A stretch of 64,000 bases of DNA from Dehalococcoidia bacterium (GCA_965203955.1 OZ241923.1:2888313-2952312); one strand, 5' to 3'; positions 1 to 9,240 are shown, counted from the stretch's first letter. Numbers and translations are program-made. The notes: generated by a model from the letters alone, not told the origin.

Positions 1-1
1 T

Positions 2-1183
2 GAGCCGCTTGAGCAGACATTTCAGTGGAGCCAGGGTAGCATCACGCTCGCGTACGCAATTTCCAGCGTGGTGACTGCGCTGGCTTCTCCTTTTGCGGGC
101 TGGTTCGGCGACCGGTACGGGGCGCGCAAAGCCATGAGTGTCGGCACCGCAATGTTCCTGCTCGGGATGCTGCTTACTGGCTACATCAGCACAATCTGGG
201 AACTTTACCTGTACTTTGGAGTGCTGCTCGGAGTTGCCCAGGCGATCTTCCTCGTTCCTCTGATTCCGTCCGCAATGTACTGGTTCAGGCGGCATCTGGG
301 CGTTGGAATGGGCCTGATAATGGCGTCGTGGGGGCTTGGGCCCGCGCTCGCCGCCGTGGTTGTGAGCCTGCTGCTCGAAGGGATGGGCTGGCAGAACGGC
401 TTCATTGCGCTCGGAGTGGGGTCGGCGGCGATTATGTTCGTGCTCATCGGGCTGTTCAGGGACACACCCGCTGACAGGGGCATTCAGCCGTATGGGTACA
501 GGCCCGGCGACGTTGAAGTGCAGAAGCGGAAGTCCGACCCGGAGAAGACGAAGGTCTTCAACAAATACATGCGCAAGACCGGCGCCTTCTGGAATATGAG
601 CTCGATTCACTTCCTTGGCTGTGTCGGGCATGCGATCATTCTGGTTTACATCGTTCCTCTGGCGGTCAAAGAAGGGCTGACGCTGGTGCAGGCAGCGAGC
701 GTACTCACAATCCTGTCCGCAGTCAGCATCATAACTCGCATCCTAGTCCCGATCATGTGCGATTATGTTGGCACCAGAACTGTGATGTTCGTCTTCTTCG
801 CGGCACAGGGCATCCTTGTGGTGATGCTGTTTTGGACGCACGACCTGCGGATGTTCTACCTATTCGCGGTGATCTTCGGCATAGGCTACGGCGGCGAGAC
901 GGGCGGATTTCCCATTCTGAACCGACGGTACTACGGGCACGCTCCGACGGGATCGCCGTATGGTGTTCAGATGCTGGGAGCCGGGCTTGGGATGGCGCTG
1001 GGCGGCTGGATAGGCGGACCGATCTTCGATATCTTCGGCAGCTACGACGTGGCGCTGTGGATTTCCATTGCCACAAGCCTCGCGGGAGCGCTCAACATCC
1101 TTCTGCTGGAGCCGACCGACAAGTTGCTGATTCCTGACTGGGAGGCCGAGGAAGCGACGCAGGGAGCCGCCGCGGGAGACTGA
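2..1183 (+). CDS. MFS-type transporter, 5' end outside the window
   Basis: The frame is open from nt 2 to the TGA at 1181-1183. The product is a series of hydrophobic helices split by a charged central loop (PADRGIQPYGYRPGDVEVQKRKSDPEK), as in 6+6 MFS topology. Confidence 0.8.
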   Translation, partial: EPLEQTFQWSQGSITLAYAISSVVTALASPFAGWFGDRYGARKAMSVGTAMFLLGMLLTGYISTIWELYLYFGVLLGVAQAIFLVPLIPSAMYWFRRHLGVGMGLIMASWGLGPALAAVVVSLLLEGMGWQNGFIALGVGSAAIMFVLIGLFRDTPADRGIQPYGYRPGDVEVQKRKSDPEKTKVFNKYMRKTGAFWNMSSIHFLGCVGHAIILVYIVPLAVKEGLTLVQAASVLTILSAVSIITRILVPIMCDYVGTRTVMFVFFAAQGILVVMLFWTHDLRMFYLFAVIFGIGYGGETGGFPILNRRYYGHAPTGSPYGVQMLGAGLGMALGGWIGGPIFDIFGSYDVALWISIATSLAGALNILLLEPTDKLLIPDWEAEEATQGAAAGD

Positions 1184-1201
1184 CGCCCGTGTATTCCCGC
1201 C

Positions 1202-1759
1202 CTAGTCCTTAGCCTCCATCAGCCACTTCTGGTCGCTGGCCGGACTGTTCAGCCATGTCTCCACGTACTTCTGCCGTTCTTCGGGCACTTCCACACCCAG
1301 GCCGTCAGCGAGCCGAGTCATGAAGTTGAACGTGCAGGTGATGAGGCAGACCGACAGAATCTGCTCATCGGTCAGTCCGTGCTCCCGGAGCTTGATAACA
1401 TCCGCTTCCTGCATGTTCGTAGGTTCGCGCGTGAGCTTGGTAGCGTAGTCGAGCATGGCGCGCGTCTGCGGATCGAGGTTGGCGTTACGATAGTCGTGCA
1501 TAATGTGACTTGCCAGCTCCGGGTCGTCGGAAGCGTGACGGAGAAACTCCCCGTGTGCCATCGTTCAGAAGCGGCACTCGTTCTGCACCGATACGGCGGT
1601 TGCAATTGCTTCCTCCTGTGTGCGTGTGAGAGCGGACGCTCCGAAGGTAATCGCGTTGTTAAAGTCGCTGACGGCCTGCATAGCCTTCGGGTTGATGGAC
1701 ATGATGTTGATGACGTTCGCCCAGTGCAGGCGCTCATCGGCTTCACGAATCCATGGCAT
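1202..1759 (-). CDS. AhpD / carboxymuconolactone-decarboxylase (CMD) family peroxidase-related protein, predicted selenoprotein (185 aa with U at the in-frame TGA)
   Basis: ORFs 1565-1873 and 1202-1561 share strand and frame and are separated only by TGA plus ACG. The joined sequence reads AIATAVSVQNEC-RF-[TGA]-TMAH-GEFL, matching the CMD core N-x-C-x-x-C-x-x-x-H. The likely start is the ATG at 1757-1759 (MPWIREADE), preceded by GGAGAG. A longer start would overlap the SDR gene. Confidence 0.72.
1538..1554 (-). promoter_or_regulatory. Weak hairpin downstream of the TGA (possible SECIS core, unproven)
   Basis: The mRNA reads ACGGGGAG-UUU-CUCCGU, giving 4-6 bp with a bulge. The loop lies about 18-20 nt 3' of the UGA. 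This was judged by eye only, with no energy calculation. Confidence 0.2.
1565..1567 (-). other. In-frame TGA, candidate selenocysteine codon
   Basis: It occupies the position of the second Cys of the CxxC motif of the AhpD/CMD domain. TGA is used as an ordinary stop elsewhere in the window (for example 1181-1183). Confidence 0.6.
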
Positions 1760-1793
1760 TTTATCTCTCTCCTGATTTGAGCTACAGAAAAAA

Positions 1794-2543
1794 TCAGTAT
1801 GTGGCTCTGCCGCCGCTGATGTCGAATACGCCGCCCGTGCTGAAGGAGCATTCTTCGGAGGCGAGCCAAGCAACGAGAGCGGCGATTTCGTCGATCTCGC
1901 CAGTTCGCCCGATGGGGATGCGCTCGACCATATAGTTCACCTGCTCGGGGGTGAGCTCGTCCAGGATGCGAGTGTGGACGACAGCGGGAGTCACACAGTT
2001 AACACGAATACCGGTCTTCGCCAGCTCCTTGCCGACGGACTTGGTGAGGCCGATGACGGCGGCTTTTGTGGCAGAGTAGGGCACCATCCGGGGGTTGCCC
2101 TCCTTGCCGGCGATGGAGGCGATGTTGACGATGCGCCCGTAGTCGCGGTCGATCATGTGTGGTATGACCGAGTGGCAGAACGCGAAGACACCGCGCAGGT
2201 TGATCCGGTAAACTCGGTCCATCTCATCTGGGGAAGTCTCCCAGATGTTGCCGTCAATACCGGTGATGCCGGCATTGTTCACGAGGATGTCAATGCGGCC
2301 CCAGGCGTCGAGTGCGGCCTGGACTGCGGCTTCGGCTGTGGTCTGCTCGGAGACGTCGCCGACCACGAGACGCGCATCGCTGCCGCGCGCGGATAGCTCG
2401 CTTGAGGACTGCTCGCCGAGATCGCCGTCGATGTCAACCATGACGAGGCGCGCCCCCTCAGAGGCCAGACGGCGTGCGATGCCATAGCCTATGCCGGTGG
2501 CGGCGCCCGTTACTATCGCTACCTGTTCTTCAAAACGGCTCAT
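1794..2543 (-). CDS. Short-chain dehydrogenase/reductase (SDR, FabG-like)
   Basis: It has the TGAATGIGYG cofactor motif, NNAG, and a catalytic S...YSATK signature. Confidence 0.9.
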   Translation of the reverse strand: MSRFEEQVAIVTGAATGIGYGIARRLASEGARLVMVDIDGDLGEQSSSELSARGSDARLVVGDVSEQTTAEAAVQAALDAWGRIDILVNNAGITGIDGNIWETSPDEMDRVYRINLRGVFAFCHSVIPHMIDRDYGRIVNIASIAGKEGNPRMVPYSATKAAVIGLTKSVGKELAKTGIRVNCVTPAVVHTRILDELTPEQVNYMVERIPIGRTGEIDEIAALVAWLASEECSFSTGGVFDISGGRATY

Positions 2544-2572
2544 AAAAACTCCTGTTTCGATTGTGGCGAGAT

Positions 2573-3907
2573 TTACAACTCTCCCTCCGCGCGCAAATCC
2601 TTCAAGGACTGCGAGAACGCGGCAGTGGTCCTGTCGATAACCTCTTCGTTATGGGCGGATGAGACAAGGAATGCGCGCCCGCCCATCATGTCCACACCGT
2701 TGACGAGCATAGCGCGGCGGAGCGCCCGCGTCTTGTCAACGGGCATCGTGTCGTATATCTGCTGGTAGGGCATGTCGCACAGGTCGCGGTCGCAGTTGCA
2801 GTCGGCACCGAGATTCACATGTATGATGGATGCGATGCCGTGCGCGTGGCCTGTGACCTCGTTCTGGATGAATGCCTCGTTGAGGCCGTCCTTGAGGCGC
2901 GCTGCCATTGCGTCCGCCCTCGCGTTGATGCCCTCATTGGCGATGGCTTCGAGCGCGGCGATTCCTGCGGCAGCGGTCACCGGCTGCGCGTTATATGTGC
3001 CTCCCTGCGCAACCCGTCTGAAGTTGTCCCACTCTGGGTCGTCGCGGAACGCCATCAGCTCCATGATCTCGGCCCTGCCTCCGACGGCTGCCCCTGGCTG
3101 GCCACCTGCTATTATCTTTGCCATCGTCGTGATGTCGGGCTCCAGACCCCATCGGACCTGCGCGCCGCCCGACGATAGGCGGAACCCTGTAACCACTTCG
3201 TCCATGATGAACAGGACTCCATGCTTTCTGGTCAGGTCCTGCAGATCCTGGAGGAACTGCGGGTTCTGCAGTGGGAACGTCCCGTAGTGCGCGCCGTTGC
3301 ACTCGACGATAACGGCGGCGATGTCGTCGTCGTTCGTAAGAATGTCGTCAACGGCAGCGATGTCAACGGGCGCCACTATCACGGTGTCGAGGATTTCCTG
3401 TGGGACGCCGCCGAGTGCCTGTCCGGACTCGGGAGTTGTGTAGTCGTGCCAGCCGTGGAAGTGCTCGTGGAACTTCACGATCTTGGTCTTGCCTGTATGG
3501 GCGCGGGCAAGCCTGAGTGCGAGGTAGGTGGATTCAGTGCCGGACGCAGTGAAGCGTATTCTTTCGAGAGAAGGGACTAAGCGCTTGACGGCTTCCGCAT
3601 AGCGTACCTCGTGGGTGGACGCGCCGCCCGCGTGAGTACCCCTTCCAACTTGTTCTCGAATGGCCTCTATGATCTCCGGCTTTGTGTGCCCCATCAGCAG
3701 GCTGCCGTTGCCCATCACGTAGTCAATTATCTGGTTGCCATCCACGTCGTACTTGAAGGGGCCTTCAGCGTAGTCTATGTATGCGGGGAAGGGGGACGTG
3801 AAGCGGGTCTGGTGCGTGATGCCGCCCGCGAACAGGGACTTGCCCCTCTCATACCAGGCCACCGACTTTCCGAACATATCATTGTAGCGTTCTTCGATAG
3901 TTGCCAT
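2573..3907 (-). CDS. Class III (PLP) aminotransferase, glutamate-1-semialdehyde aminomutase-like
   Basis: Supporting motifs are GNGSLLMGH, FTASGTEST, MDEVVTGFR and the Lys in TTMAKI. It is a paralogue of the gene at 22547-23881. Confidence 0.88.
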   Translation of the reverse strand: MATIEERYNDMFGKSVAWYERGKSLFAGGITHQTRFTSPFPAYIDYAEGPFKYDVDGNQIIDYVMGNGSLLMGHTKPEIIEAIREQVGRGTHAGGASTHEVRYAEAVKRLVPSLERIRFTASGTESTYLALRLARAHTGKTKIVKFHEHFHGWHDYTTPESGQALGGVPQEILDTVIVAPVDIAAVDDILTNDDDIAAVIVECNGAHYGTFPLQNPQFLQDLQDLTRKHGVLFIMDEVVTGFRLSSGGAQVRWGLEPDITTMAKIIAGGQPGAAVGGRAEIMELMAFRDDPEWDNFRRVAQGGTYNAQPVTAAAGIAALEAIANEGINARADAMAARLKDGLNEAFIQNEVTGHAHGIASIIHVNLGADCNCDRDLCDMPYQQIYDTMPVDKTRALRRAMLVNGVDMMGGRAFLVSSAHNEEVIDRTTAAFSQSLKDLRAEGEL

Positions 3908-4124
3908 GGCTACACTCCCTTTCGTGTGCGCTAAGAGGCCGGCACCTCGTCCGTGAGGCGCGATGCAATACTGATGCCAGTATTATATTCTCAATGCGGA
4001 AGGGGTCAAGATGCGGTGTTAACACGTTCTTGTGTATGGAACGGGTGGCTGATACCATCTGGTGAGCCGACTTTATCCGGCGCCGACTTATGCAATCAAG
4101 ACCCAATAGACGGAGGAAACGATA

Positions 4125-5081
4125 ATGGTACTGCTGGGATCAGGAGACTGGGTATATGAAGTGTCCGGCGAGGACTGGGGCAATCTGCCGGAGGGCGCGA
4201 CCTATAAGGAAGCGACCGCGGTCGATGTGGACGAGAATGACAATGTGTATGTGTTTAACCGTGGGACGCACCCCATGATTGTGTTCGACACCGAGGGCAA
4301 TGTGCAGCGGACTTGGGGGCACGGCATATTCAACAACCCGCACGGCGTCACGGTGGGGCCCGACGGAAATCTGTGGTGCGTGGACAACGGTGATCACACC
4401 GTGCGGCAAATGTCACCGGACGGCAAGGTGCTGATGACCATAGGTACTCCGGGACAGCCTTCACCGCCAATGAGCGGCAAGCCATTCAACGCGCCGTCGC
4501 ATGTGGCGTTCGACCCGCGCAATGGGGATTTCTATGTGGGCGACGGCTACACGAACGCTGCCGTTCACAAGTATTCCCCTAACGGCAAGCACCTGTTCTC
4601 CTGGGGCGAGTCTGGCAACGACCCGGGGCAGTTCAACATCGTTCACTATGTCGGCGTTGACAGAGACGGTTGGGTATATGTGGCAGACCGTGAGAACCAT
4701 CGTATTCAAGTGTTTAGCCCTGAAGGGAAGTTCGAGGCGCAGTGGATCAACATGTCTCGGGCCGCCTGCCTGTATCTCGATACCAAGGGCGACCAGGAGC
4801 TGATCTATGTCGGCGAGTATTTCTCTGGCATAAATCCGAACAGAATGGGCACTCAGCTCGGCCCGCGCGTGAGCATATTCGATACGAAAGGCAACCGTAT
4901 CGCGCGGCTCGGCACGCAGACTTACGGCGACGAGCCGGGACGGTTCTACTCGCCTCATGGTATCGCCGTTGACTCCAAGGGCGATATTTATGTTGCTGAG
5001 GTTTCATACGCGGACTACGGGAGCAAGATGGATCCGCCGCAGGAACTTCGCTCGATGCAGAAGCTGATTAAGCAGAGTTAA
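4125..5081 (+). CDS. NHL-repeat six-bladed beta-propeller protein (peptidyl-alpha-hydroxyglycine lyase-like)
   Basis: It contains repeated blocks of the form 'P.GVAVD..G..YVAD..NHRIQVF'. Confidence 0.75.
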   Translation: MVLLGSGDWVYEVSGEDWGNLPEGATYKEATAVDVDENDNVYVFNRGTHPMIVFDTEGNVQRTWGHGIFNNPHGVTVGPDGNLWCVDNGDHTVRQMSPDGKVLMTIGTPGQPSPPMSGKPFNAPSHVAFDPRNGDFYVGDGYTNAAVHKYSPNGKHLFSWGESGNDPGQFNIVHYVGVDRDGWVYVADRENHRIQVFSPEGKFEAQWINMSRAACLYLDTKGDQELIYVGEYFSGINPNRMGTQLGPRVSIFDTKGNRIARLGTQTYGDEPGRFYSPHGIAVDSKGDIYVAEVSYADYGSKMDPPQELRSMQKLIKQS

Positions 5082-5125
5082 GGAGAACTGACATCGATGT
5101 ACATGATGGGAAAGATAGGAGCAGG

Positions 5126-5443
5126 ATGACTTCGGAGTTGGGTGTCGAAAGCGTAGAGCTGACGGCTGAGGGCGTGTCGATTCGATGGACGGATGGACAT
5201 GCCTGCTTCTATACCGGCAAGTACCTGCGAGTTAACTGCGCCTGCGCGGAGTGCGTGGAGGAGTGGACACAGCGGAGAATTCTCGACCCGGCAACAGTGG
5301 ACGCCAACATCAGGGCTGAGGACTATCTGCAGATTGGGAGGTACGCGCTTCAGTTCCTGTGGAGTGACGCGCATTATACCGGCATATACCCGTTTGAGAT
5401 TCTGCGGAAGATGTGTCAGTGCGGTGAATCAGAAGAGGGCTGA
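5126..5443 (+). CDS. DUF971 family protein (gamma-butyrobetaine hydroxylase-like N-terminal domain)
   Basis: It contains YLRVNCACAEC and GIYPFEILR motifs typical of DUF971. Confidence 0.7.
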   Translation: MTSELGVESVELTAEGVSIRWTDGHACFYTGKYLRVNCACAECVEEWTQRRILDPATVDANIRAEDYLQIGRYALQFLWSDAHYTGIYPFEILRKMCQCGESEEG

Positions 5444-5484
5444 CGGGATTAGTGGGATAGGATAATAGGATAAAGCGTAGAAAA

Positions 5485-5517
5485 AGAGGGCTGGCGGTCA
5501 ATTACCGCCAGCCCTCT
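5485..5517. terminator. Bidirectional intrinsic terminator between convergent genes
   Basis: A perfect 14 bp stem (AGAGGGCTGGCGGT / ACCGCCAGCCCTCT) with a 5 nt loop. An A-run lies 5' and TTTGTT lies 3'. Confidence 0.7.
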
Positions 5518-5542
5518 TTGTTGCTCAGTTGCGAAATTGTGG

Positions 5543-5959
5543 CTATGCCGGCTTGAACTTGGGCAGGCTAATTTCGTCGGTTACATCCTCGAAGACGACT
5601 TCGAGGGGCATTCCAATAACTAGCTTTTCCGGCGTAGGGTCGTCCATGACGATGTTCGTGGGCATGATCGGACCCTCTTCGAGTTCCACCAGAGCCGTCA
5701 CGAAGGGGACGTCGCCTACGAAGCCCGGGTGCGGCGCCCGATGCACGATGGCGTATGTGTAGAGGGTCGCCCGCCCGCTGACCTGTCGCCACTCGGTGTT
5801 ACGCGAGAAGGTGATAGGGGAGATGTCGCGCGGGTAGAAGTAATACTGCTGAGCGTCGTTATCGTAGCGCAGCCAGAGCTCGTGTTCCTTTGCCTTCTGC
5901 CAGTACACGTCGGACTCGACCTGCGGCGTTGGCAGCGGCTTGTTGTATGCTTGCGTCAT
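5543..5959 (-). CDS. DUF35 OB-fold protein (thiolase-associated), without zinc-ribbon cysteines
   Basis: DUF35-like layout (YWQKAKEHELWL...RATLYTYAIVHR). The usual CxxC...CxxC ribbon positions carry no Cys. Confidence 0.7.
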   Translation of the reverse strand: MTQAYNKPLPTPQVESDVYWQKAKEHELWLRYDNDAQQYYFYPRDISPITFSRNTEWRQVSGRATLYTYAIVHRAPHPGFVGDVPFVTALVELEEGPIMPTNIVMDDPTPEKLVIGMPLEVVFEDVTDEISLPKFKPA

Positions 5960-5986
5960 TCTGTTTCTCCTGATGATGAACTGAAA

Positions 5987-7141
5987 TTAGTCAACTCCGA
6001 GCACAACCGTCCCCGTGGAGGACAGCGAGCCGCCGGTGCCGTTGATCAGGCAGAGCTTGGGATCGTCGAGCTGACGTTCGCCGGTCTCGCCGCGAAGCTG
6101 CCGAACCGCCTCTAGCACGAGGAACATGCCGTACATGCCGGAATGCGTGTAAGACAGACCACCACCGCTGGTATTCATCGGGAAGTCGCCGCCGGGCGCC
6201 GTGCGCTGGTTTGCAACGAAGTCGGGACCCTCGCCGGGCTCGCAGTATCCGAGGCTTTCGAGAGTCGCCAGCACCGTATAGGTAAAGGAGTCGTAAATCA
6301 TAGCGAGGTCTATGTCGTCGTGGGTTACGCCCGCCATCTGGAGGGCAGCGGGACCTGAGTAGCGCGCCCAAGTGCGGGTCAGGTTCTTCATCTGGCTGAT
6401 GACGCCGTGGTCGTGGCCTTCCGCTGCGCCGAGCACGTAAACAGGCGCTTTGGGCAGATCGCGCGCTCTTTCAGGCGTGGTTACTACATACGCGCCTCCG
6501 GCGTCCGTTACAAGACAGCAGTCGGGCAGGTGGAAGGGCCATGCAATCCAGCGTGAGTCATGATAGTCGTCGAACGACATGGGAGTGTCTTTGAAGTATG
6601 CCTTGGGGTTGAGGTTCGCCCACTTGCGTGTGGCTACTGCTACCTCAGCCATGCCCTGTCGCACCCTGCGCTCGCCGTACATGTGCATGTAGCGGCGGGC
6701 TGCCATCGCGTAGTTGATGGGTGCGCCGATGAAGCCGTAAGGGGACTCGTATTGCGGGCCTGCGTCTGATGCATTGCCGCCTGCCCGGGATCGAGCGCTG
6801 CGGCCTGCTTCTCCATGAGTAACGAGCACAGTGTCGCAGTAGCCAGCGTTGATCGCGGCAACGGCGTGCGCGATGTGGATTATGAACGACGAGCCGCCGA
6901 CGGCTGTCGTATCAGTGTATGTCGGGTTGATTCCCAGGTACTCGCCCAGGTTGATCGTCGAAGTACCCGCGGTCATGAGGCCGTTGACGTCCGACATGGA
7001 CAGCCCGGCATCTTCAAGCGCGTTGTACGCGGCTTCAGCGTGAAGCTGAAGGTTGGACTTTTCGACTCTTCCAATCTCGTCGGATTCTGCCACCCCAACA
7101 ATGGCAACCGACTTGCTCAAATCGGCCATCTTATATGGCAC
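5987..7141 (-). CDS. Thiolase-fold (SCP-x / lipid-transfer-protein type) protein, apparently lacking the catalytic Cys residues
   Basis: Thiolase-like blocks are present (AIVGVAES, NTSGGGLSYTHSGMYG, INGTGGSLSS). The C-x-S-G nucleophile position reads GGSS and the C-terminal CxG reads NGT. Confidence 0.8.
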   Translation of the reverse strand: MPYKMADLSKSVAIVGVAESDEIGRVEKSNLQLHAEAAYNALEDAGLSMSDVNGLMTAGTSTINLGEYLGINPTYTDTTAVGGSSFIIHIAHAVAAINAGYCDTVLVTHGEAGRSARSRAGGNASDAGPQYESPYGFIGAPINYAMAARRYMHMYGERRVRQGMAEVAVATRKWANLNPKAYFKDTPMSFDDYHDSRWIAWPFHLPDCCLVTDAGGAYVVTTPERARDLPKAPVYVLGAAEGHDHGVISQMKNLTRTWARYSGPAALQMAGVTHDDIDLAMIYDSFTYTVLATLESLGYCEPGEGPDFVANQRTAPGGDFPMNTSGGGLSYTHSGMYGMFLVLEAVRQLRGETGERQLDDPKLCLINGTGGSLSSTGTVVLGVD

Positions 7142-7330
7142 CTCCCGTGTGGTTTCTGCGGTGTTGCAGTCATTAGGTAGAAAGGCGGGCGCGATGCGCC
7201 AAACGCCGCAGAACAGGATATAACGTGCGGGGATTTAAGGCAAGTTAAAGAGGCGTAAATGGGTCAGTGCGGCCCTTAGCTGTCCGTATGCCGTCTGACG
7301 AACATCGTGAGCGATACGACACACTCAGAT

Positions 7331-7954
7331 TCAATTCGATCGATCGAATGCCGCAACAATCGTAGTAACGATTCCAGCAAAGATTCCGATGCCAAAGAAG
7401 ATCAGCGCGACGGCTGTTAACTTGCCGATGGCGGTTACAGGATAATGATCGCCGTATCCTACTGTCGAAACCGTAATGAGAGACCAGTATAGGGCGTCAG
7501 GAAATGTCAGAATGTTTGCGCCATCTGCATTCCGCTCGACGGTCGTCACGACGGTCGCCGCGAGGAGTACGATTCCGAGGCCGTATGCGGCCAAAGTCTC
7601 GAACGTTACGAGACGCTTCCATCTCGTGAAGTCGCGCACGACATACAGAATTACTGCCGCGATTCTCAATGGTCGGAAGATAGGGACGAATACAATGAGA
7701 GCTTCAGCCCAGTTGCTTTTCAGGTAGCGTAGCTTCCTGGGAGCAAATGTGAGCTTTAGAAAGAAGACCACGGCAAAGAATGCCCAGATTAGGATTTCGA
7801 GGACTGTGTAAATCATCCGTTCGACAGCGCCTAGTTCCCAGATGTACAGGCCTGCCAGGACTGGTATCAGGACGAACGATGCCAGCATCAACGGCAACTC
7901 GGTGATGCGTTCCAGCCTTTCGAGACGGTCCGAGGAATCCGGAGAAAGTTTCAT
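7331..7954 (-). CDS. Small potassium channel (TVGYGD selectivity filter)
   Basis: Pore helix plus filter (YWSLITVSTVGYGD), several TM helices, and an Arg-rich S4-like helix (RPLRIAAVILYVVR). Confidence 0.85.
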   Translation of the reverse strand: MKLSPDSSDRLERLERITELPLMLASFVLIPVLAGLYIWELGAVERMIYTVLEILIWAFFAVVFFLKLTFAPRKLRYLKSNWAEALIVFVPIFRPLRIAAVILYVVRDFTRWKRLVTFETLAAYGLGIVLLAATVVTTVERNADGANILTFPDALYWSLITVSTVGYGDHYPVTAIGKLTAVALIFFGIGIFAGIVTTIVAAFDRSN

Positions 7955-8011
7955 CGCATCCTCCTGAAACGACTCGGGAGTCCTCCGTCCGTCTATCGCT
8001 GTATCTGTTTG

Positions 8012-8338
8012 CTACTGAAGTGGGGAATAGTCCGTAGGCGTGAGAGTAGTGTTGAAGACGCGACTTACGATTAAGCCATCAGCCTCTGACTCTGCGCGAA
8101 CCTTCTGCCATTCCGGATCGTTGCGGAAGGCTTCCCAAGCTCGTTCGCGATGAGCTGCATCCTCGAAAGCTATGATGTAGATGAGACGGTCGCTGTAGTC
8201 GCCGACATCCGCAGTGAAGTATCCAATGTTCTTGATCCCGTGCTTCTCGAATATCTTCATCGTGTGGTCGCGGAAGCGAGCGTTGATGTTCGGCAATCTT
8301 CCCGGGAGCGTCTCATATACTCGGTATTCGTAAAGCAT
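8012..8338 (-). CDS. NIPSNAP family protein
   Basis: MLYEYRVYETLPG... is a typical NIPSNAP N-terminus. The start at 8338 is preceded by GGAGG, whereas the ORF track starts at 8377. Confidence 0.75.
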   Translation of the reverse strand: MLYEYRVYETLPGRLPNINARFRDHTMKIFEKHGIKNIGYFTADVGDYSDRLIYIIAFEDAAHRERAWEAFRNDPEWQKVRAESEADGLIVSRVFNTTLTPTDYSPLQ

Positions 8339-8390
8339 GTTTTCCTCCTTCTCATTTGAATCAGAGCCTTTTTCCATTTGCGAGTGCCCA

Positions 8391-9209
8391 TTATGAAGCG
8401 GTTACTCCGTTTCGCAATCCAAGCGCAGTCATGACACCATCGGCGAGCGGCTGCAAGGCCGGCGAATCGAAGTCCGGCTCGAAGATTGAATTTAGGGCGG
8501 TAATGGCTATGCGGTTGTTTCGCACGGCAAAGATATCGGTGTCCTCGCCGACTGGCTTGTTCATCAGGCGGTTGTGCTTGATCCAATAATATGTCCTGCG
8601 TCCGTTGCTGCCGCGCTCGACATTCTCCAGATAGAGGCGGGGGCCCACGGTAGTGATGTTGGCACCCTTGATGCCGTCGAATGTGGCATTGGGGAGGTTG
8701 ACGTTCAGGAACAGAGGTGAAAGGCTGTCCAGCGCCGTGATGCCCTTGACCAGCGAAGCTGCGGTGCGGGCCGCGGCGTCGTACTGCACATTAGTCAGCG
8801 AAGCAACCGACATAGCGATTGAGTGTATGCCCCTGAAGTATCCTTGAAAGGCGGCACCGACCGTACCCGATGTCAGCAGATCCAGCCCGAGGTTTGATCC
8901 TTCGTTGATGCCGGAGAGCACTACATCGAACCCGCCCGGCTCCAAGGACTCAGCGGCAAGTATCACGCAGTCGGCTGGAGTTCCTTCAACAGCGTAAGTG
9001 CGAATACCTTCAATCGGAGATGGTGTAATTTCGCGCGACTTCACCACCTCGAGGAGGGTCATGGCGGTGCCGATGCCGCTCTGGTCGCGGTCGGGTGCGG
9101 CGACCACCACTTCGCCGAGTTCCCTGAGCGCCCCCGCCATCTTCCAGAGACCCGGAGCATTAACGCCGTCGTCGTTGGTTACCAGGATTTTCAATTTCTG
9201 TCTCTCCAC
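8391..9209 (-). CDS. surE: 5'/3'-nucleotidase SurE
   Basis: ILVTNDDGVNAPG motif and overall SurE-like sequence. Confidence 0.9.
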   Translation of the reverse strand: MERQKLKILVTNDDGVNAPGLWKMAGALRELGEVVVAAPDRDQSGIGTAMTLLEVVKSREITPSPIEGIRTYAVEGTPADCVILAAESLEPGGFDVVLSGINEGSNLGLDLLTSGTVGAAFQGYFRGIHSIAMSVASLTNVQYDAAARTAASLVKGITALDSLSPLFLNVNLPNATFDGIKGANITTVGPRLYLENVERGSNGRRTYYWIKHNRLMNKPVGEDTDIFAVRNNRIAITALNSIFEPDFDSPALQPLADGVMTALGLRNGVTAS

Positions 9210-9240
9210 CTGTCGGGTGTATTGCTAATTCGACCGCCAG

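Noticed and set aside
1565-1873. The long N-terminal extension of the upstream AhpD fragment (MLGSPPKNAPS...), which overlaps the SDR gene by 80 nt.
   Set aside because: The extension is low-complexity and overlaps the well-supported SDR 3' end. An internal ATG at 1757-1759, preceded by GGAGAG, gives a domain-sized protein.
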